Positions 38,469 to 48,635 of a DNA stretch of 64,000 nt are shown here, one piece after another (within the stretch, counting starts at the first letter, position 1; each line of letters opens with the position of its first letter). The position numbers were made by a program, and so were the translations under genes. The notes beneath the pieces are model-generated. The model was given only the letters and a program-made list of their open reading frames with translations, was not told where the DNA came from and searched no databases. The stretch is taken from IMG/VR virus record IMGVR_UViG_3300023174_000042, positions 186,001-250,000 of that record, one strand, 5' to 3'.

Positions 38469-40916
38469 TTATCTGATAAGTGTGAAATTTCCTAAAAACT
38501 CTTTAACTTCATCAGTTTTAGGAGATTTAAACCTTAATTTCCAAGTATATATCCCATCTTGACACATAAAATTGTTATAAGTCCCATCCCAACCTTCATA
38601 GGGATTAAAAGATTCCCAAATAATTTGACCCCAACGATTATAAATAACAAAAGTATAGTTAAAAATGTCCACACCACTAGTAATTACTGGTTTAAGTATA
38701 TTATTTCTTTCATCACCGTCAGGAGTAAAGGCATTTGGTATGTAAAATATTTCATTTGGACACAATTCTAAAGTAATTGTAAAGTTTTCTGGGTTAGAAA
38801 CACAACCATTATTCCATCTAACCCCTTGAAAAGTAAAAATTCCATCTGTATTCCATGTATGTGTTAATATATTTGAAGTAATTGTGTCTCCAAACACATA
38901 CCATTGGTTAAAACCTCCCCCAACTGACGATAAATTAAAGAAATCTGTTAGAGTGTCTCCTTCACAAATTTGATGATAAGTAAAATTTTGATCAGAAATA
39001 CCGTTTGTAATTGGTAAAACACTTGGTCTTGGGTAAACTTGAACATGAATGGAATCAAAAAACCAACATCCCGATTGATTATACATGTAATAAACGGTAT
39101 CAATACCAATAAATCCGTTATCAGGACAATATTGACTATTCCAAACATTCAAACCATTAAAAATTCCACCTTGAGGAGTTGCATTTAGGTTAATACAGTT
39201 ATTGTATTCGCAAAACGGACCCATAGGTGTTATATTTGGTATAACATTTAAGTCGTAAATTGTAAAAGTTTGTGGTTGAGATTGACAACCCAACTGATTA
39301 ACACCAATAACTGATAAAGTATTTGCGTAAAGTCCGCTATTTACACCTGAAACATTTAAGTTTATTGAATTTGGAGATTGACCTAAAGTTATAACCCCAA
39401 TTTGTGAAGTCCAATTATATGTTAAATTTAAAAAATTACTTGTAACGTTGTATAAATTACTTGTAGAATTGAAACACACTGTATCAAATCCAGTTATTGG
39501 GTTGATTGTAACTTGTGGTGGGTTATTTAATGTTGTTGTTTGATTAGAAACACACCCATTTAGGTCAGTAACAACAACAGAATAGTTTCCAAAACATAAA
39601 TTAGTCGCTGTTTGTGTTGTTTGACCATTACTCCATAAATAAGTATAAGGAGCAAGACCACTTATAGGGTTAACTGTTGCAGATCCATTACAATCATTAA
39701 AACAAACAGGATCTGTTGGCGTAATTGTTGGTTGTTGTAATGGTGGTGGATTATTTAAAGTTGTTGCTCCATTATAAACACAGCCGGATCCATCAGTTAA
39801 TGTAAATGTATAGTTTCCCGAACAAAGGTTATTTAAAGTTAATGTGTTTCCACCCATATTCCAAATAATATTAAATGGTTGAGTCCCCCCAATAGGAGTA
39901 ACAACAACAGATCCGTTGCAACCATTATTACACAAAGGATCAATTGGTGTAATTGTAGGGGGTGGTAAATTAGGGGTTAAAGTGACATGAATTGTGTCAG
40001 GACCTAACCCTACACCAACATTACAAACGGACCACCCAGCATTACAAGTTGGATATACAGGAATACAAGTATAATACGCTCCTTGTGGTGGAGGATTTAC
40101 AACTATTGATAAACCCGTTCCAATTGAATTAACATTTCCAACCTGAAACCACGTATAAGTCGGAGTTACAGTTGGTCCTTGTGGTGTATAACGATAAGAG
40201 TTATTAATTGTCGACCATTGTGTTGAATTTCTTCCTGGAACTGTAACTGCTGACGTTCCTAATAAATCGTGAATACCTTGAACTGCGGTTCCTCCTGCCC
40301 ACTGCGGACAATTTGGTTTATTTGCAATATGATTTTCAATAATGTTTGTTGATTCATATATTACAATATGAAATGTTCCTTGTAGATTAGTGCATGAAAA
40401 CATTGGGACTCCGACCCAACTAACAACTAATTTTCTACAAGGAGCTGTTCCTGAAACTTGATATTTAATTTGACCTCCAAGACCAGGATTCCAATCTTGC
40501 CAAGGTCCCATAATACAATTTTTTGGTATTGTAATTCCAGCATTCGGAATAGACGCTGATGTAAAAGTTGTTGGCTGATTTGAACTAAATGAAATCCACC
40601 CATTAGACCCGATATAAAATTGATTATAAGTCTGACCATAAAAACAAAAATTAAAACCAATGTTAAATGGACCTGTTTGCGAATCATCGGTTAAAAAAAC
40701 GTTTGTTCCTGTATTATTTTGAGCAACATAAGGGATATTTGTTACTCCGTAAGATGTGGTTTGTTTTGGTTGAGATCCAGGTCCACACTGAGATAAGTCG
40801 GCCGTTAATGTTGTTTGATTTACACCACAAGGTAAAGTTAAATCAGGCCCTAAATACGGACAATACTGTGAGTATATAAAAAGGGGAAACAAAAATAGAA
40901 TTAATAATTTTTTCAT
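38469..40916 (-). CDS. SprB-repeat adhesin with T9SS type-B (gliding-motility-associated) C-terminal domain
   Basis: Signal peptide; SprB-like repeats (C...CNGS..V...GG..P...W...L..G-Y...TD..GC); CTD YIPNAFTPDGDERN...IYNRWG...GWDGTY...GIYTW...FTLIR. Confidence 0.9.
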   Translation of the reverse strand: MKKLLILFLFPLFIYSQYCPYLGPDLTLPCGVNQTTLTADLSQCGPGSQPKQTTSYGVTNIPYVAQNNTGTNVFLTDDSQTGPFNIGFNFCFYGQTYNQFYIGSNGWISFSSNQPTTFTSASIPNAGITIPKNCIMGPWQDWNPGLGGQIKYQVSGTAPCRKLVVSWVGVPMFSCTNLQGTFHIVIYESTNIIENHIANKPNCPQWAGGTAVQGIHDLLGTSAVTVPGRNSTQWSTINNSYRYTPQGPTVTPTYTWFQVGNVNSIGTGLSIVVNPPPQGAYYTCIPVYPTCNAGWSVCNVGVGLGPDTIHVTLTPNLPPPTITPIDPLCNNGCNGSVVVTPIGGTQPFNIIWNMGGNTLTLNNLCSGNYTFTLTDGSGCVYNGATTLNNPPPLQQPTITPTDPVCFNDCNGSATVNPISGLAPYTYLWSNGQTTQTATNLCFGNYSVVVTDLNGCVSNQTTTLNNPPQVTINPITGFDTVCFNSTSNLYNVTSNFLNLTYNWTSQIGVITLGQSPNSINLNVSGVNSGLYANTLSVIGVNQLGCQSQPQTFTIYDLNVIPNITPMGPFCEYNNCINLNATPQGGIFNGLNVWNSQYCPDNGFIGIDTVYYMYNQSGCWFFDSIHVQVYPRPSVLPITNGISDQNFTYHQICEGDTLTDFFNLSSVGGGFNQWYVFGDTITSNILTHTWNTDGIFTFQGVRWNNGCVSNPENFTITLELCPNEIFYIPNAFTPDGDERNNILKPVITSGVDIFNYTFVIYNRWGQIIWESFNPYEGWDGTYNNFMCQDGIYTWKLRFKSPKTDEVKEFLGNFTLIR

Positions 40917-40983
40917 ATACGATTTACGATATTAAGTTTAGTAAGTTGTTTTTATATGTTAAATGAAAATCTATAAATATTAA

Positions 40984-41166
40984 TTACTTTGACTTCCATT
41001 CAAGATAAATAGTATGAATAACCATTAAATTAATCAATAAACAAAGAGAAGTTTCTAAAGCCCAATGCCAATTAACTTGTGTCATTCCTAAATGAACCCC
41101 AAACCACATAAATGATCCGTATTTGTTCATTACTGTAATATAAAAGTATCTTAAAAAATTTTTCAT
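40984..41166 (-). CDS. small membrane protein
   Basis: 60 aa hydrophobic ORF with TATTTATA upstream. Confidence 0.55.
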   Translation of the reverse strand: MKNFLRYFYITVMNKYGSFMWFGVHLGMTQVNWHWALETSLCLLINLMVIHTIYLEWKSK

Positions 41167-41226
41167 TTAATTATAAATATCATTTTACAAAAACATTTTT
41201 TAATAGTATGTTTATTAAAAAAAACT

Positions 41227-41652
41227 ATGAAAATTGTAGACGTAAACAGTTCCGTGACTGTTAATTACACGGGTAAATTAGAAGATGGTTCAATTTTTGA
41301 TTCTTCATTAAACGAAGGTCGTGAACCATTATCAGCAACTTTGGGTCAAGGTTCTTTAATTCCTGGGTTTGAAAAAGGATTACTTGGCATGACCGAAGGA
41401 GAAACCAAGACAATTACAATTCCTTTTTCTGAAGGTTATGGCGATATTAATCCTGATTTGATTGCTGAAGTCCCAAAAGACAGAGCACCTGAAGGCGTTA
41501 CAGAAGGACAGATGCTTCAAACTATGACTAATCAAGGACCATTAAATGTTATTGTAAAAGAAATCAAAGAAGAAAGTTTGGTAATTGATGGTAACCACCC
41601 ATTAGCAGGTAAAGATTTAATTTTTGATTTGGAGTTAATTTCCGTAGAGTAA
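41227..41652 (+). CDS. FKBP-type peptidyl-prolyl isomerase (SlyD/SlpA type, no His tail)
   Basis: VNYTGKLEDGSIFDSS...LIPGFEKGL...IF domain...DGNHPLAGKDLIFD. Confidence 0.93.
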   Translation: MKIVDVNSSVTVNYTGKLEDGSIFDSSLNEGREPLSATLGQGSLIPGFEKGLLGMTEGETKTITIPFSEGYGDINPDLIAEVPKDRAPEGVTEGQMLQTMTNQGPLNVIVKEIKEESLVIDGNHPLAGKDLIFDLELISVE

Positions 41653-41715
41653 TTTTTTTATTTCAATTTATTTTTATATATTTGTTTTATAACAACTATA
41701 AAAATATTTATTGAT

Positions 41716-42042
41716 ATGAATAATTTAAATAAAGAAATTGATTTATATAAAGACTTAAAAAAGAATGAACTAAAAAAAGTAATTCGACAATATAAATTTT
41801 TGTCTTTTACGAATAGTGAACTTTTTTATTTTTTATACACATTTCTTATATGTGGATTGGTTTTTTTCTTTTTTGTTGAGATATCTTTAAAGAATGTTTT
41901 TGTGTTAGTGTTATTTCACTATATTTTTATGTGGGAACTAATTTACAATTTAACAAAATTTAGATCTACAGATAAAAAAGAGAAAAAAGAGATAGATCAA
42001 ATAATCCATACTCTTGAAAAATATCTTAAAGATAAAAATTAA
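41716..42042 (+). CDS. two-TM membrane protein
   Basis: 108 aa, two hydrophobic helices. Confidence 0.6.
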   Translation: MNNLNKEIDLYKDLKKNELKKVIRQYKFLSFTNSELFYFLYTFLICGLVFFFFVEISLKNVFVLVLFHYIFMWELIYNLTKFRSTDKKEKKEIDQIIHTLEKYLKDKN

Positions 42043-42068
42043 AACCCCTTTTTAAGAGGGGTTTTTTA

Positions 42069-42596
42069 TTATCTACCTAATCTTGTGTCTCTATCTACTC
42101 GTCCTTTAAGCGCTAATAGTAATCCTGCAAATACCATTGCTGCGGATACTGGACCACCACCCATTTTGTCAACATAATCATGAACTTGGATCATAAGTTC
42201 ACCAGCGTCAGTATATCCCATTGCTTGACTAATCATACCCAAAGCACCGGCTCCCATCATACCTAATCCACCTCTCATCATTGCTTTTTCTTTGAATGAT
42301 TTCATTCTGTCTGAAATATCCTCTCTTAGAAACATTTCAGTTAAACCTTCAACTTCTTGATTGCTAACAATATCTTCCAAATCTTCAATTTCTTCGTCAT
42401 CCAATCTTCTTAATTTCTTTTCGAAAAAGTCAGCAATTGTGTTTACTACTTCAGATTTATCCATTTTACTGTAATCACTTTCATTATCCATTTCGTGATC
42501 ATCAGATTCCATGCCCATTTCATTTTGAGTTTCGATAATAATTCTTTTGATTAAAGAATGAAACTCTGATTCTGTAAGTCTAATTTTTCTTCCCAT
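42069..42596 (-). CDS. tagged protein with C-terminal hydrophobic hairpin
   Basis: MGRKIRLTESEFHSLIKRIIIE tag; Gly/Met-rich TM-like segments. Confidence 0.8.
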   Translation of the reverse strand: MGRKIRLTESEFHSLIKRIIIETQNEMGMESDDHEMDNESDYSKMDKSEVVNTIADFFEKKLRRLDDEEIEDLEDIVSNQEVEGLTEMFLREDISDRMKSFKEKAMMRGGLGMMGAGALGMISQAMGYTDAGELMIQVHDYVDKMGGGPVSAAMVFAGLLLALKGRVDRDTRLGR

Positions 42597-42649
42597 TTTT
42601 TTATTTTATTTATAAATATATTGTTATTTGAAATAAATTGGTATTTAAT

Positions 42650-43501
42650 TTATTTTTTTTGAATTGAGATTTTATATTTGTATTCGTTTGCTACACCCAA
42701 ATTCAAATTTTTCGATTTTCCCCATTTTTTAATTATTTGTTCAAGTTCTGAAACATAAATTTCAGGAACTTTGGTGGCAACTCTAATTTGTTTTACATTA
42801 GTTGGATTTGGTGTTGGATTTGGAATTATATCATTTTTTTTAGGAGCATTTTTTTGATATAAATAACCAGGAGTTCTTGTATTGTCACCAATGTCACCTT
42901 TAGGGTCAATATCTATCATTTTAGTTCCTGAAATAACCATATTAACATTTTGTGCAGTTTCTGGATTATCAAAATTTGAAACTTTAGCGGTGCCTTTTAC
43001 AATCTTTACGTTTGGTAAATTCAAACTATTTAAATATGCGACCATGTTGTCTCTTCTTTTTGCGGCTAACTCTTCATTTTTTTTCTTAGCCTCAGGAGAT
43101 CCTGCTTTGAAATTACCCCATTGTGTATCGGAACTTGATCCGTTCACTGTCACAGTTCCACCTCCTTGTTGATTTATATTTCGGATTTGAAAAACCGCAT
43201 CTTTAACTTTTTGTGAATTCGGGTCGATTTGATCTTGTCCCGATTTAAAATTGTTACTACCTTCAACTTTTATAACTTGTGGAATACTTCCTTTTTTTCC
43301 TAAAGCTCTCATTCTATCCACACTACTCATAGAACTATTTGGATAATTTGCGTAATCTGTTGTAGTCATCAGAGGCCCTTTGTAATTTTTGTCGAACATA
43401 TTTGTTTTATCATCTTCTGTTATTGATTTGCCAGACTTTTTAAACTCATGTAGGAGTAAAATTCTTTTTTTTTCGTAATTATCAACTTTTAAACTTTTCA
43501 T
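42650..43501 (-). CDS. tagged protein with OmpA-C-like domain
   Basis: YEKKRILLLHE...ITE tag; NFKSG...VTVNGSSSD...NEELAAKRRDNMVAYL. Confidence 0.6.
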   Translation of the reverse strand: MKSLKVDNYEKKRILLLHEFKKSGKSITEDDKTNMFDKNYKGPLMTTTDYANYPNSSMSSVDRMRALGKKGSIPQVIKVEGSNNFKSGQDQIDPNSQKVKDAVFQIRNINQQGGGTVTVNGSSSDTQWGNFKAGSPEAKKKNEELAAKRRDNMVAYLNSLNLPNVKIVKGTAKVSNFDNPETAQNVNMVISGTKMIDIDPKGDIGDNTRTPGYLYQKNAPKKNDIIPNPTPNPTNVKQIRVATKVPEIYVSELEQIIKKWGKSKNLNLGVANEYKYKISIQKK

Positions 43502-43548
43502 ACTTTTGTTTTATAATAAATATTCAGAAATTTTTATTTATTTATTGT

Positions 43549-44040
43549 TTATAATAAATCATTAAGATTTTTCCATTTTTTACATTTACTTTTTTTGGGA
43601 ATCATGGCCACAATGATAATGATTAAAATAAAAATTCCAATCGCAATTAAAATTCCAGGAGAGACCGCAATTGTTCCTATCATAATTGCCTCAGTTAGTT
43701 GTTCTTTTACTTCTTCCTTTTTCTGAGATTTTTTTAATGATAAAAAGGCATCCTTAACTTTTTTGAATGTTTCTTTCAATTTTGTTTTATTTTGTGGGTC
43801 ATGAGCCCAATCCCAAATTTTGGATAAAATTGTGTCATGTTCTTGATTTCCGGTTTTTGGAGGAGAGCAAATAGGATTGGATTTATCCAAAACATTTTTA
43901 ACTTCAACATTCAAACCTTCCAAATTTGACAAATTTTGTATTTTACTTAAATCCGATGCTTGATCTATTTTTGTTTCCTCTTCATTTAACAAACCCATCA
44001 TTTGTCTAATTGTATTTATTTCATTTAATAAATTATTCAT
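43549..44040 (-). CDS. tagged protein with C-terminal TM helix
   Basis: MNNLLNEINTIRQMMGLLNE tag. Confidence 0.75.
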   Translation of the reverse strand: MNNLLNEINTIRQMMGLLNEEETKIDQASDLSKIQNLSNLEGLNVEVKNVLDKSNPICSPPKTGNQEHDTILSKIWDWAHDPQNKTKLKETFKKVKDAFLSLKKSQKKEEVKEQLTEAIMIGTIAVSPGILIAIGIFILIIIIVAMIPKKSKCKKWKNLNDLL

Positions 44041-44062
44041 TTTGATTTTTTTTTAATAAATA

Positions 44063-44401
44063 TTACTTTTTTACAAAACAGAAAGGTTTTCCGTCTTTCA
44101 TTATTGTAATACCAAGTTCGTCTGAAGGTGCTTTAGGATCAAATGTTAAATCAACATTATTAACTCTCTTACTTTCTTCATCTTTTAGAGAGTGTGTGTT
44201 GAAAGAAACCATGGTTGTATCTGACTTCATCATCATAGAAAAACAATCAGGAAGTATGTTAAAATCAGGAATAGGTCGTCTGTAATCCATTTTATCGGGC
44301 TGAACACCTGGTAGGTTAGAAAATTCCATTTCATTTATTAATTGTCCTCTTTTGTAGTCAAGAAGATATTTGATTTGAGACAGTTGTTCTTGGATATTCA
44401 T
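44063..44401 (-). CDS. tagged hypothetical protein
   Basis: Probable start MNIQEQLSQIKYLLDYKRGQLINE. Confidence 0.75.
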   Translation of the reverse strand: MNIQEQLSQIKYLLDYKRGQLINEMEFSNLPGVQPDKMDYRRPIPDFNILPDCFSMMMKSDTTMVSFNTHSLKDEESKRVNNVDLTFDPKAPSDELGITIMKDGKPFCFVKK

Positions 44402-44412
44402 ATAAATAAATA

Positions 44413-44727
44413 TCACAAAGGTAGTTCTTCAAAAAAGTCAATATATTCAACTCCTTTAAAAATCATTTGTTCTGAATATCTTTCTTTAATCCAAATTGAA
44501 AATTGTTTAATAAATTCGTCTCGGTGAAGCGGAATAAAAGATGAAAAATCAAGTTCTATGTCCCTTAAAGTTTTAATTTCTTTAGTAGAAGGGTAATAAA
44601 CAATTAGAGGTGAATTTTTATTGTCTATTGTATAAAATATGAAAACCATTTTACCAAAAAATTTTGATTCTACGGGAAATAACTCACCGTAAACCAAATC
44701 AAATAATTTCATACTTGCCTTTTTCAT
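44413..44727 (-). CDS. hypothetical protein
   Basis: Probable start MKKAS after TATATTTG; no tag. Confidence 0.65.
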   Translation of the reverse strand: MKKASMKLFDLVYGELFPVESKFFGKMVFIFYTIDNKNSPLIVYYPSTKEIKTLRDIELDFSSFIPLHRDEFIKQFSIWIKERYSEQMIFKGVEYIDFFEELPL

Positions 44728-44759
44728 TCTAAACAAATATAAAATAAAAAAATCAAAAA

Positions 44760-45236
44760 TTAAACTTCTCTAATGTCGTCAATCCAATCATCAACCCAAT
44801 CAGAATCGATTACTTCTGAATCAATTTCTTCACCATTATACGGTTCATAAAAACCATCAGATTGCATTTCTTGTAACATACCTTTTGTTATTGGAATATA
44901 ACTATCATATGTGTTTAAATATGTGTCTTGAATTCTTGCGTTTCTTTCGTAAACATGAGTAATTTCATAACTTTTCAACTTAGGTCTTTTGATTGGTTCA
45001 GTTGCGAACTCAGGATTTTCAAGTAAAATGTAAATAATGTAAGTAACATCTTCGAACTCAGATTCTAAACCAAAAGTTTCTAATTCTGATTCAATTGGTC
45101 CGTAAGCCTCAATAAACCTATCTTCATAATCTTCAAGTAGATCATCTAAAGACACACCTTTATTTTCTAATGTTTCAACTATACTAATTAAAATTGGTCT
45201 AAGCGCTTTATCGGGATATTGTTCTATTTTTCTCAT
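44760..45236 (-). CDS. acidic hypothetical protein, paralog of 269..727
   Basis: Shared motifs listed under 269..727. Confidence 0.75.
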   Translation of the reverse strand: MRKIEQYPDKALRPILISIVETLENKGVSLDDLLEDYEDRFIEAYGPIESELETFGLESEFEDVTYIIYILLENPEFATEPIKRPKLKSYEITHVYERNARIQDTYLNTYDSYIPITKGMLQEMQSDGFYEPYNGEEIDSEVIDSDWVDDWIDDIREV

Positions 45237-45634
45237 AAATTGTCATTAATATTTTTAATTTTTTCATCGTATTCTTCACTAAATTGTATTTTAACAATTT
45301 TAATTCCAATGTATTCATCACCAAAAAAATACGACATTTCTTCTCTAATTAAATTAGTCAAATAATTATTTAATCTATAATCTTTATCTAAATTATTTTT
45401 TAATGCTTTAAACACATGAAAAATTTTTGTAGCTCTTTCATCACCATCAATAATTTCAACTAGCACATCTAAATAATCTTGATATTCTCCAACAGAAATC
45501 ATTCTTCTTTGACCTGTTATTATAAATTGAAATTGAAAATTTATTTTAAGATCAGTAACAATATCTCCGTCATAATCAAAAACCATGTCTTTGATTACAT
45601 TATTTATTTTTTTTATGTGTTTTTCTGAAATCAT
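45233..45634 (-). CDS. hypothetical protein
   Basis: 133 aa, coupled to neighbouring ORFs. Confidence 0.7.
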   Translation of the reverse strand: MISEKHIKKINNVIKDMVFDYDGDIVTDLKINFQFQFIITGQRRMISVGEYQDYLDVLVEIIDGDERATKIFHVFKALKNNLDKDYRLNNYLTNLIREEMSYFFGDEYIGIKIVKIQFSEEYDEKIKNINDNL

Positions 45635-45639
45635 ATAAT

Positions 45640-46500
45640 TTACATAAACTTACTTATATAGTAATCAATCAATTCCTTAATTGGCTCGATTAACAATTTA
45701 GGATATTCATTATTTAAAAAATTAATTAGTTCTGAAATAGACTCAAAACTTTTTGGGGTATAACTTGTTTGAAAACCTTGATTGTCATACATATCATAAT
45801 AATCACCAGATTCCCTATCTTCAAAATATCCTCCTTCAACAGGAGTTCTACACTCACCATTCCAATAAGGTGTTGCAAACCCACTTAACATGTAGTCTGG
45901 ATTGTAATATTCAAAAGTAATAGCACCACCAAAAGTGTCCCAATTTAGAACTAAATCTACAGTTCCGTCATCAAAACTATGTTTTTTATTTACTAAATCA
46001 GTATAATTAAAAAGTATTCTAACTAATTTTTCAGCAAAATCACAATTAATATGCATTTTTTTATCTTTTAATAAAAAAATTATTTGTTCTAAAGATAATC
46101 CTGTCAATTCTGAAATTTCTTTAAAATCCATACCATCATTATACATTTTATAAATGAGTTTTGAATTTTTATCAAAAGTTGATTCATTAATATTTTTTTC
46201 TAAACGAGACATAAAGTAATCTTTAATTTTCGTGTAATATTCATTTGTAATATATCGTTGGGTTTGGTTTCTTAATGTCACTTTTTCATCTCCTGTAAGT
46301 TTTGTTTGATTTGCAATTTCATTTGCTAATTTCATTACAACAGTGGATTCAAATGAACGGTAAAGTCTTTTGTCTAAAGGAGTGTTATAATTACCTTGTA
46401 AGTAACTGTAGACTAAATCCATAGTAGGATCAATTAATCTTTCAATTTCACCGATTCGTCTAATAAGACCAAGTTGATTTTCTGAAATTAATATTTTCAT
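45640..46500 (-). CDS. tagged two-module protein
   Basis: MKILISENQ tag; internal KNINE linker before an HTH-like segment (GMDFKEISELTGLSLEQI). Confidence 0.75.
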   Translation of the reverse strand: MKILISENQLGLIRRIGEIERLIDPTMDLVYSYLQGNYNTPLDKRLYRSFESTVVMKLANEIANQTKLTGDEKVTLRNQTQRYITNEYYTKIKDYFMSRLEKNINESTFDKNSKLIYKMYNDGMDFKEISELTGLSLEQIIFLLKDKKMHINCDFAEKLVRILFNYTDLVNKKHSFDDGTVDLVLNWDTFGGAITFEYYNPDYMLSGFATPYWNGECRTPVEGGYFEDRESGDYYDMYDNQGFQTSYTPKSFESISELINFLNNEYPKLLIEPIKELIDYYISKFM

Positions 46501-46556
46501 ATATTATAAATACAGTAGAAAACAAAAAACCCCACTTGTTATAAATGGTGCCAAAC

Positions 46557-46727
46557 TTAAAAAAAAATACTAAACAGAATATTTTTTAAATCAACCAAAA
46601 TAAATGGAAAGTATCTATAAACTAAGTAAATTCCTAGTATGATTAAAATTACACGATAAAATTTTTTGATTAGGTATCTAACTAAAAGAATTGCTAAAAT
46701 TAAAAAAATGATAAGAGAAATTGACAT
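46557..46727 (-). CDS. small hydrophobic peptide (56 aa)
   Basis: MSISLIIFLILAILLVRY... downstream of TATATTTG; not in the ORF track. Confidence 0.4.
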   Translation of the reverse strand: MSISLIIFLILAILLVRYLIKKFYRVILIILGIYLVYRYFPFILVDLKNILFSIFF

Positions 46728-46971
46728 TGTATGATTATATTTTTACAAATATAAATATTTTTTTTTATTCACAAAAAAAATCATTCATTTTTTTCATCAT
46801 TATCGTTTCTGACATTTTTTTTCACGATTTTTTTAAATTTTTTAAACTTAAGTGTGTCTTTTGATATTCCTGATGAAGAGTGTTCTCTAATTTTTGGTTT
46901 TTTCATTTCATTAGATAATTTAACATTAAATATTTAAGATCATCAAATGTTTTATTTTTTAAAAAGACCAA

Positions 46972-47060
46972 AAAAAAACCCGAAGGGTTCAGGTCAAAAA
47001 ATTTCCGACGTAGTCGGGAAGTGGTTTCCGGCACCCCACACAAAGGAAGAAAAATAAAAA
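46972..47060 (-). repeat. structured intergenic repeat, copy 1 (candidate small RNA)
   Basis: Three hairpins; near-identical to 48037..48121. Confidence 0.75.
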
Positions 47061-47234
47061 ACCCCCAATAATAATTAAAAATTTATGAATTATTTGATTT
47101 ATCATATATAATCCAAAAAACCCAATATAAAATTTGATAACAACCAATTAAATTAATTATTTGTTTTGGCAAATATATAAAAGAAACAATTGTTAAAACA
47201 ATTACAAAAAATATATATAAAAACTTTTTTAAAA

Positions 47235-47645
47235 TCACCATTTAATTCTTTTATTTTTTTTGACATTAAAATTGTATTTGACTAACACAGGATTTCCTAT
47301 AAGATCGGATTTTTTCTCATAAAAAAATTCAACACAATCAATATTAAGTTTTGTTTTTTCATTAACATAAGATAAAATGGTTCTTGAAAACATTTTTTTT
47401 CTTGTGATAGCTTTTGATATAAAACTTTCAATTTCATCTAAGATGTCTGTAGAAACATACATATCTTTTTTGCAACCTGGCATTCTTCCCGCTTTAGTAT
47501 AAACTGTAAAAATATCCTCACCATCCTTTGATATTATATGAATTATACTATCCTTTTTTTTATATGAAATGTTTGGTCCATAAAAATTATCTAATAATTT
47601 AAAAACCACTTTTTTATATTGATCTTCTGTAACAATAATTTTCAT
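47235..47645 (-). CDS. tagged hypothetical protein
   Basis: Probable start MKIIVTEDQY at 47645. Confidence 0.75.
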   Translation of the reverse strand: MKIIVTEDQYKKVVFKLLDNFYGPNISYKKKDSIIHIISKDGEDIFTVYTKAGRMPGCKKDMYVSTDILDEIESFISKAITRKKMFSRTILSYVNEKTKLNIDCVEFFYEKKSDLIGNPVLVKYNFNVKKNKRIKW

Positions 47646-47646
47646 A

Positions 47647-47970
47647 TTAATCTTTTGACATTTGTTTAACAAAATAAACATCTCGAATCGGATACCAAAA
47701 CTTATTTTGAATCCAAATTTTAATAACTTCTTTTGCTTTTTCTTCATCCAAGTCTGAGGTCATATCTATTAATTCATCAACATACTTTTTAAAAAAATAA
47801 ACATCTTCACTTCTTTCACTATAAGTAAAAATTCTAATATCCCCAATATAATATAGTTTATAACCTCTTTCAGATTTTTCTTTATTTAATTCAATACCTT
47901 TAAGTATTAAATCCAAACTCTTCAAGTAGAATAACAGATTTAGTTGCGATTCTGAAATAATAATTTTCAT
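47647..47970 (-). CDS. tagged hypothetical protein
   Basis: MKIIISESQ tag, TATTTAT upstream. Confidence 0.75.
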   Translation of the reverse strand: MKIIISESQLNLLFYLKSLDLILKGIELNKEKSERGYKLYYIGDIRIFTYSERSEDVYFFKKYVDELIDMTSDLDEEKAKEVIKIWIQNKFWYPIRDVYFVKQMSKD

Positions 47971-48036
47971 ATAAATAAATATAGTGTTCGACCTCTTTTT
48001 TTAATGAACCATTTTAATAAGTTATAATATAAAACA

Positions 48037-48121
48037 AAAAAACCCCGAAGGGTTTAAGTCAAAAATTTTCGACGAAGTCGTAGGGGGTTTCCGGCCCCCC
48101 ACACAAAGGAAGAAAATAAAA
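48037..48121 (-). repeat. structured intergenic repeat, copy 2
   Basis: See 46972..47060. Confidence 0.75.
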
Positions 48122-48151
48122 AAAAGTATTTTATTTTTTTATAAAATAAAA

Positions 48152-48457
48152 TTAATAATCTTCACCCATTTCATCACCCATAGGGTTTCTCAAACTTTCT
48201 GATCCCCAATTTGGATTTCTATGTTTGGAAGCAACTTCCATATTATTCATTTCTAGTTTGATTGCATGTTGTAAAGCCTTCAAATCATCCATAATTTCTT
48301 CAGGAGTTCTTGCCCCCAACATTCCACCTCTTTCTCTTAAAAAAGAATCTACCGCCTTCATAGCACTTGGTAAATTACTCATTTCGCCACTTTCTTTAAT
48401 TACACGTCTAACAATTCTTGTTAAATCTCTTTCGTTTAATCTTACAGTTCTTTTCAT
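48152..48457 (-). CDS. tagged cargo protein
   Basis: MKRTVRLNERDLTRIVRRVIKE. Confidence 0.85.
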   Translation of the reverse strand: MKRTVRLNERDLTRIVRRVIKESGEMSNLPSAMKAVDSFLRERGGMLGARTPEEIMDDLKALQHAIKLEMNNMEVASKHRNPNWGSESLRNPMGDEMGEDY

Positions 48458-48635
48458 AACTTTATTTTTTTTTATTATTTATTTATTTATAAATATATCA
48501 TAAAATAAAAAACCCCCACTTTAAGGGAGAGGATTTAATTTTCAATTATCCGATATACGGTGTTTTTTTTAAAAATTAGTAGAAATTTAAAATTGGTCTT
48601 TATATTTATCGATATCTGAAATAATTTGTTTTTTA

